From positions 38,172 to 102,171 of the IMG/VR virus record IMGVR_UViG_3300042275_000481: a stretch of 64,000 nt of DNA; one strand, given 5' to 3'. Positions 59,048 through 64,000 of this stretch are shown one piece after another. The notes beneath the pieces were generated by a model that ran no database searches, had not been told where the DNA came from, and saw only the letters and a list, made by a program, of their open reading frames with translations. The position numbers and the translations under genes are program-made. Source of the stretch: a virus. Its lineage: Duplodnaviria > Heunggongvirae > Uroviricota > Caudoviricetes. Numbering within the stretch: position 1 is the first letter of the stretch; each line of letters opens with the position of its first letter.

Positions 59048-59654
59048 ATAATTTGCATGAATCTGACAATGTTTTGTTTTGACCTGTAATTACTCTGGCC
59101 GTGTCTCTAAAAACGTGGTGTTTTAAATCACGATTCAATATTTTGAATAAATCTTCTTCGGTCCAATTGAATTTATACAAAGCATAAAAATATAATGGAA
59201 TTGCATAAGTTCTAAAAACTTTCTTCCCGACTTTGTAATGTGATGTATTTATAAGATAATCTAATTCTGTTACTTTATATACGTAACAGTGGGCATTGCT
59301 CACAGATACTATAGTTGCTAGTTCATCCCAATAATAATTTATTAAGAGCGATTCTCTTCTCTTAATAAAATAGTCATAGTCTTCTCTTTCATCGTCAGTC
59401 ATATTCTCTTTTTTAAATTCAATATCTTTAACGCCTTCTAATTTGTAGTCAATAGTTGAGAAATGTACAAATCCTTCTGTAACAAATGCTCTTGATTTTC
59501 CATATTTTGGGAACTGCTCTTGACCTCTTATTTTGAAGACTGCCTTCATAAAGTCTTTCAACTCTGGTCGACCAATGACTCTGTGACCTTCGATATAAGG
59601 TTTGACTTTTGCGTTTATTGTAGTTGAATACAATGCGTAGGTTTCTCCTCTCAT
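59031..59654 (-). CDS. hypothetical protein
   Basis: 207-aa ORF. Confidence 0.4.
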   Translation of the reverse strand: MRGETYALYSTTINAKVKPYIEGHRVIGRPELKDFMKAVFKIRGQEQFPKYGKSRAFVTEGFVHFSTIDYKLEGVKDIEFKKENMTDDEREDYDYFIKRRESLLINYYWDELATIVSVSNAHCYVYKVTELDYLINTSHYKVGKKVFRTYAIPLYFYALYKFNWTEEDLFKILNRDLKHHVFRDTARVITGQNKTLSDSCKLFALLQ

Positions 59655-59662
59655 AATATCGC

Positions 59663-60169
59663 CTACATTAACTCAAATCTTAATTTCAAAGATTCTGGGA
59701 ATTTCTTTTCATATATTTTAAATTCCCAATATATGTCTCTAAAATTATTTCTAAACAATCTTCCGCCAGTAGAATAATAACCAGTAAGAACTCTGTAACA
59801 AGTTTCACTGACATTGTCACCCTTTTTATAGTCAATATCATAATAGCGAGAATCATCGCTAAATGTATAAAAAGTTGAAACGTGTTGTAATTTAGTTGGT
59901 CCAATTGAACCGAAAAATACTTGAAGATTAGCAGCTCGACCAGTATAATCATTGGTTAAAGCATGGTCATCCTCTCTCATTGCTTCGTCAATTATTGTAA
60001 TTTTTTCAACTATTTCATCATACAAGTCACTAATGTCTTTACCTTCAAAGAAGTCATCCTTCTCTTTTTGTAGTTGTAACTTTCGTTCTTCTTTTTCTAT
60101 ACGTTGTCTTTCAATTTCTTCCTGCTCTCTAATTTTAGTAGCTTTCTGTTCTTTCCATTTTTTAAACAT
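59663..60169 (-). CDS. hypothetical protein with N-terminal coiled-coil
   Basis: 168-aa ORF. Confidence 0.4.
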   Translation of the reverse strand: MFKKWKEQKATKIREQEEIERQRIEKEERKLQLQKEKDDFFEGKDISDLYDEIVEKITIIDEAMREDDHALTNDYTGRAANLQVFFGSIGPTKLQHVSTFYTFSDDSRYYDIDYKKGDNVSETCYRVLTGYYSTGGRLFRNNFRDIYWEFKIYEKKFPESLKLRFELM

Positions 60170-60223
60170 AGAATAACCTCCCTTTAATAAAATAAAGAGA
60201 ACCCGAAGGTTCTCTTTTTATTT

Positions 60224-60397
60224 TTAGTCTAAATATTCTTCATCATCAAAATCATCGTATTCTTCACCTTCGAATACTTCGTCAAGTTCTTCCTCAGTGA
60301 TTGCTAATTCTTCAATTAGTTCATCATCTGAATAACCGTGTTCTTGAAGTAAAACGATTGCGTTGTAAAGTAATACCATTGCTCTTTCTTTGTTCAT
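60224..60397 (-). CDS. small acidic protein (57 aa, below the ORF-track cutoff)
   Basis: ATG at 60395-60397. Ends ...EEYDDFDDEEYLD. A hairpin terminator (agagaaccttcgggttctct) lies immediately downstream at ~60194-60222. Confidence 0.35.
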   Translation of the reverse strand: MNKERAMVLLYNAIVLLQEHGYSDDELIEELAITEEELDEVFEGEEYDDFDDEEYLD

Positions 60398-60407
60398 GAT
60401 GTATCCT

Positions 60408-61496
60408 TTATAGTTCTATAATATTTTCTAAAATTTGTTCAATCTTATTAAAATTCCAATAGGGTATCCTAATAAGTTTTATACCTTTTTGCTTACAATA
60501 TTCATCTTTTAAATGGTCATTGTATTTTTGTTCAGACAACTTATCTAAACCGAAAATAGGTTCATAATGAAATTCACCATCATATTCTATTAAGGTATTA
60601 CTATCAGATAGAAAAAAGTCAAATCTTAGTGGATTGATAAATTTCAAATCTTCAAACGAAAACTCTCTTTCAAACTGTATCTTTCTATTTTCTAGCCATT
60701 CTGATATTTTATTTTCACCCTTTGATGACTTACAAATAGGGCACCTATCACCAGATAGGAATCTTGTTGGACTAACGTCATATATATTACCACACTTATT
60801 ATGTTTTATTCCTATTTTTGTATGTGTGTTTGTATAATCTTCTAAAACACTATATTCGTCGCCTATTAGATTAAAAACTTCTTCCTTAAATTCTTTGGTG
60901 GATTTCTTAAATTTTCCATTACAAATAGGACACCTATCACCAGATAGGAATCTTGTTGGACTTACTTTATATTCACTATCACACACAAGATGACGCATTT
61001 TTATCTTTGAGTCGCAATTAACATAATCACTTAAAACACTATATTCGTCACCTACTAGATTAAAAACTTCTGCTTTAAAGTCCTCGGTAGATTTTTTTAT
61101 CAGTCCTGCACATTTTGGACAACCATGTCCTTTTAAGATATTTACAGGTGTTGGTTCATATTCAAAACCACATTTTTTGTGCCTCATAAGTATAGGAGTT
61201 TTGTTATTTTTATAATCACCCAATACTTCATATTCAGGTCCTAATATATCCATAACATCGTCTTTAAAGGTATCAATAGTTTTTCTTAGACCGTTTCCAA
61301 CTTTTATAATAGCACATTTTGGACAACCATGTCCCCGATTTATCATTCGGCTAGGATGTGCTTCAAATATATTTCCACACTTCTTGTGCTTCATGGTTAT
61401 TTTTGTATTGGTGTTTGTATACTCTCCTAAAACTTCATACTCATCACCAAATTTTACTTCAACTTCTTTAATAAATGATTCAGTAGTTCTTTTCAT
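60408..61496 (-). CDS. free-standing homing endonuclease (zinc-ribbon repeats + Vsr/DUF559-like nuclease)
   Basis: Five tandem H.KCG..(Y/F)...P...L.G.GCP.C modules. C-terminal IEYDGEFHYEP...D..K..YC...GIKLIRIPYWN. Confidence 0.6.
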   Translation of the reverse strand: MKRTTESFIKEVEVKFGDEYEVLGEYTNTNTKITMKHKKCGNIFEAHPSRMINRGHGCPKCAIIKVGNGLRKTIDTFKDDVMDILGPEYEVLGDYKNNKTPILMRHKKCGFEYEPTPVNILKGHGCPKCAGLIKKSTEDFKAEVFNLVGDEYSVLSDYVNCDSKIKMRHLVCDSEYKVSPTRFLSGDRCPICNGKFKKSTKEFKEEVFNLIGDEYSVLEDYTNTHTKIGIKHNKCGNIYDVSPTRFLSGDRCPICKSSKGENKISEWLENRKIQFEREFSFEDLKFINPLRFDFFLSDSNTLIEYDGEFHYEPIFGLDKLSEQKYNDHLKDEYCKQKGIKLIRIPYWNFNKIEQILENIIEL

Positions 61497-61558
61497 AAAA
61501 ACCTCCCTATACCTAGAATGTATAAATAAATTATTTGTTCTAAGTAAAGGGATTATTT

Positions 61559-62218
61559 TTACAGTTCAATTATGTTACTCTTATATTTTGTTTGGTCGAT
61601 GTCCTCAATATAGACACCCAAGCTTTCTAAAAGAATATATCCATTTTGCATATTTTTACTTACCATTGTTCGGTAGTCAATAAGTGGTCGTAGATATTCA
61701 GGAATTCTTTCCACACCTTTTGGAACAGCAACAACGCTCATTCCAAATCGTGAAATATCAATTTCAGGTTCATCTACGTTTCGATTAAATACTGTGCGAC
61801 TAATTGCGCCATATTTTTTCGGATAAGTATCTTTTAGTTTCTCTAATTCTGGATGATTTTCATCTACTGTTTTTAACTTAAGTAGATTTACTTTTTCTGG
61901 TGGAACTATTTGATTTTCAGGTTCTAGCGCATTCCATATAATTGCTCCTCTAACCTGTTCAAGCGTAGATGGATCTTTATATTGCTCAAATTGCTCTATA
62001 CTCTTTGGAAGTGAATATAATAATTCTCCGCCTCTTAGTGATTCTTCAATTTCTAAACCTAATTCATCAAATTTATTAATAATAGTTCTAATATTAATAT
62101 CTTCCGCTGACAGAATATCTTCCTGTAAAATTGTCGTAAATTGTTCACGTAATTTCTTAGGAACGTTTGTTTTCCTTATGGCTAACATATATCTTCCATT
62201 GAGTTCGTTAACTCTCAA
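61559..62218 (-). CDS. 3'-terminal exon of an intron-interrupted gene of unknown product
   Basis: The ORF begins with TTG inside conserved intron-3' sequence (..cataagagaacg|cattgagag..). The true acceptor is probably ~62180-62200. Confidence 0.45.
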   Translation of the reverse strand: MRVNELNGRYMLAIRKTNVPKKLREQFTTILQEDILSAEDINIRTIINKFDELGLEIEESLRGGELLYSLPKSIEQFEQYKDPSTLEQVRGAIIWNALEPENQIVPPEKVNLLKLKTVDENHPELEKLKDTYPKKYGAISRTVFNRNVDEPEIDISRFGMSVVAVPKGVERIPEYLRPLIDYRTMVSKNMQNGYILLESLGVYIEDIDQTKYKSNIIEL

Positions 62219-62455
62219 TGCGTTCTCTTATGAACTGCTCATACTTTCATATGAGATGAGACTATATCTTCATCTTTCGATGTTTCCTGTTTCGGACCAC
62301 TTGGTCCTACTCCTTACGGATAGTCGTTGAACCTTCATCTCATTGAGATGTTTGGCTGCGGATTGCCCAATCTACACACTTTTCAAGCCTTGGCTTTTCC
62401 TCACGGATCGCAGTGGCAGTGTAGCTCTAAGGGGTTTCCCGCAATTAAGGAAATT
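62219..62455 (-). mobile_element. ORF-less group I intron (unknown-gene intron 2); boundaries approximate
   Basis: R (62318-62333) and S (62249-62257) elements, plus the gctgcggattgcccaatct and gctctaaggggtttcccgcaatt blocks. Nearly identical to Clp intron A. Confidence 0.55.
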
Positions 62456-62461
62456 TTATAA

Positions 62462-62550
62462 GAGCATAACTGTTTACCCTTAATATCAAGAACTGGTTTG
62501 TCTAATAGACGCCCAAGTTCACCTGTAATTAAACCGGCATACATAATTTT
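62462..62550 (-). CDS. internal micro-exon of the unknown intron-interrupted gene (approx. boundaries)
   Basis: Only one frame is open between the two introns: KIMYAGLITGELGRLLDKPVLDIKGKQ... It begins right after an intron-terminal G (..gagtttaattg|aaaatt). Confidence 0.4.
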
Positions 62551-63768
62551 CAATTAAACTCGCTAAGTTTAATTCGCTTTCGCTGCTCATATTTTCATAT
62601 GAGATAAGACTATATCTTCAGATATTTATTGAACGTAAATATCTGTCTTCCTTTTCCAATAGGCTTCTATTGTACTCGCATTGCGATAGTCGTTGAACTT
62701 TTTTCTTAAAATTAATTCTTCAAGTATATTTTCAAGTTGTTTATAATTTTTATATGATAATCTTAATAGTGTATACTTAGATAATTGTATAATATTATTT
62801 TTTCTATTGTCTCGTTCTCTAATAACATCAATAGATTCAAATAATGATTTTTCTTTAAAATGTTGTATTCCATCATATTCAATTATTAGATTTAAAGAGT
62901 CAATAATAATATCTACTCTTAAATCCGTATTGAATAATTTAGAATCAAATTCAAATAAAATATTATTTTTTTCTAAGAACTGAATTATTTTTCTTTCACC
63001 TTTAGAAACTTTCTTAGAACAAATAGGACATCTACTAGCAACAGATTTTGATATGAAATTGTTCGCTTTTACGTCCCATTCATGACCACATTTATTATGT
63101 CTTAGTTTAATTTTTGTTCTAGTGTTTGTATATGGTGATATTAATGAATACTCATCCCCAACAGTTTCCTCTAGTTTTCTTTTAAACATTTCTTCAGTCC
63201 AAGTTCCTTTCCCAGAACAATACGGACAAGAATTTTTTTGATTCAAAAGATTATTTGCTCTCATTTTGAATTCATGACCACATTTATTATGCTTAAAAAT
63301 TGATGATTTATTTGCATAACCTGAATAATCTAATACTGAATACTCATTATCTAATTCTATTTCTAGTCTTTTTATAAGATTTTTTTCAGTTAATCTTATA
63401 GAACCTGAACATTTAGGACACCTTCTTCCATTATTAAACGTATTAGGTGCTACTAAATACTCATGGCCACATTTATTATGTCTTATTAAGATTTTAGTTT
63501 TTGAATTTATATAATCATTCCCAAGAACTGTATATTCCATTCCAACTTGATTTTTTACTTTGTGTTTAAAACTTTCTAGTGTATCTTTTTTCATAATATC
63601 ACTCCTTAATAATTTGTTCAATGAGTGACAACATGAAATAAAAAGTTCTTAATTTTAAGAAACTTAGCTGCTGATTGCCCAATCTTTCAGATTTTCAAAC
63701 ATTCACGCTCACTTTTGCAAGTCACGTTGTAGTTCTGAAAGCTCTAAGGGGTTTCCAGCAATTAAAAA
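62551..63768 (-). mobile_element. group I intron (unknown-gene intron 1) carrying an intact homing endonuclease gene; 5' boundary approximate
   Basis: R (62674-62689, inside the 3' end of the HE ORF) and S (62618-62626). 5' blocks gctgctgattgcccaatct (63661-63679) and gctctaaggggtttccagcaatt (63742-63764). Confidence 0.55.
62626..63621 (-). CDS. intron-encoded homing endonuclease (zinc-ribbon repeats + Vsr/DUF559-like nuclease)
   Basis: Four H.KCGHE(Y/F/W)...N....RCP.CSG modules. IIEYDGIQHF...D..R..K......LLRLSY. Confidence 0.6.
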   Translation of the reverse strand: MNKLLRSDIMKKDTLESFKHKVKNQVGMEYTVLGNDYINSKTKILIRHNKCGHEYLVAPNTFNNGRRCPKCSGSIRLTEKNLIKRLEIELDNEYSVLDYSGYANKSSIFKHNKCGHEFKMRANNLLNQKNSCPYCSGKGTWTEEMFKRKLEETVGDEYSLISPYTNTRTKIKLRHNKCGHEWDVKANNFISKSVASRCPICSKKVSKGERKIIQFLEKNNILFEFDSKLFNTDLRVDIIIDSLNLIIEYDGIQHFKEKSLFESIDVIRERDNRKNNIIQLSKYTLLRLSYKNYKQLENILEELILRKKFNDYRNASTIEAYWKRKTDIYVQ

Positions 63769-64000
63769 GATTTTATAGAAGAACAATGCCACTTATTCTT
63801 CTTGTTTCTGGTCGCGAGAATTCTCTTATAAAGGAATTCAGACTTCATCGCAATAATAGGTTTATACTCATCTAACAGACCCATATTTCCAGTCATTTTC
63901 CAGAATATCTGTTTTAAAACTTCTGTTACAACATCGACATAGATGTTCATAACTGTCATTTGTTGAGTTTTATTTTCTTTGTCAAGTCCAAGTTCAGCTG
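63769..64000 (-). CDS. upstream exon of the unknown intron-interrupted gene (partial; continues beyond the window end)
   Basis: The frame is open from position 64000 to the in-intron TAA at 63762-63764 (...NIYVDVVTEVLKQIFWKMTGNMGLLDEYKPIIAMKSEFLYKRILATRNKK...). Confidence 0.4.

Noticed and set aside
18166-63775. Possibility that the recurring ~20-25-bp blocks (gctgctgattgcccaatct, gctctaaggggtttccagcaatt, ggatagtcgttgaac) form a CRISPR array or MITE-like repeats
   Set aside because: Copies are irregularly spaced over 45 kb. They always occur in the same relative order, inside gene interruptions. They match group I intron R/S core consensus. There are no regular repeat-spacer units, so they are intron cores, not CRISPR.
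1-64000. Global alternative genetic code (TGA = Trp, Mollicute-like) suggested by TGA at Trp positions in the HNH pseudogene
   Set aside because: Long ORFs of 700-1000 aa are intact under the standard code, and Trp is encoded by TGG in verified motifs (e.g. EIWKD in the intact HNH copy). The TGA cases are therefore local: pseudogenes or limited read-through.
1-64000. tRNA genes / tmRNA
   Set aside because: No tRNA-like cloverleaf candidates were spotted by eye: no GTTCGAATC-type T-arm with a matching acceptor stem. The GC-rich 1215-1860 region lacks tmRNA tag-reading-frame and T-arm/CCA features. A tRNAscan-SE run would be needed to be sure.
61559-64000. Assigning the intron-split unknown gene as DNA polymerase (family A or B) or RNAP beta
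   Set aside because: Signature motifs were looked for and not found: family A DYSQIELR / KxxNFGxxYG, family B YGDTDS, rpoB GNKG...NP.G.PSRM. Only a weak K-I-M-Y-A-G-L-I-T-G-E-L-G resemblance to the family B KxxxNSxYG motif. Left unassigned.

Overview
AT-rich (~30% GC) window densely packed with mostly minus-strand genes. It looks like part of a large, probably jumbo-class, virulent phage of a low-GC Gram-positive host, not a bacterial chromosome. Evidence for phage origin: virion/tail-module proteins; a fragment of a multisubunit RNA polymerase beta'-like subunit; an SF2 helicase and an SSB-like protein; a class II (NrdJ-like) ribonucleotide reductase; a RecJ-like DHH exonuclease; and at least seven group I introns of one family, recognisable by conserved R/S core elements. 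The introns interrupt four genes: the RNR, the RecJ-like gene, a ClpC-like ATPase gene and an unidentified gene at the window end. Several introns carry an unusual homing-endonuclease family made of tandem zinc-ribbon modules plus a Vsr/DUF559-like nuclease domain; two copies are decayed. Notable cargo: a contiguous MoxR AAA+ ATPase / VWA protein / acidic protein / ClpC-like double-AAA ATPase (split by two ORF-less introns) / SPFH protein / ClpP protease cluster; phage-encoded ribosome hibernation promoting factor, GAPDH and NrdH/thioredoxin-like redoxin; a NADAR (anti-DarT-type) domain protein; a radical SAM enzyme; two paralogous giant acidic tandem-repeat proteins; a ~640-nt GC-enriched ORF-less region with its own terminator (candidate large structured ncRNA); and two promoter-led GC-rich hairpin-rich intergenic elements (candidate sRNAs). 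All splice junctions and functional calls are inferred from sequence reading only.
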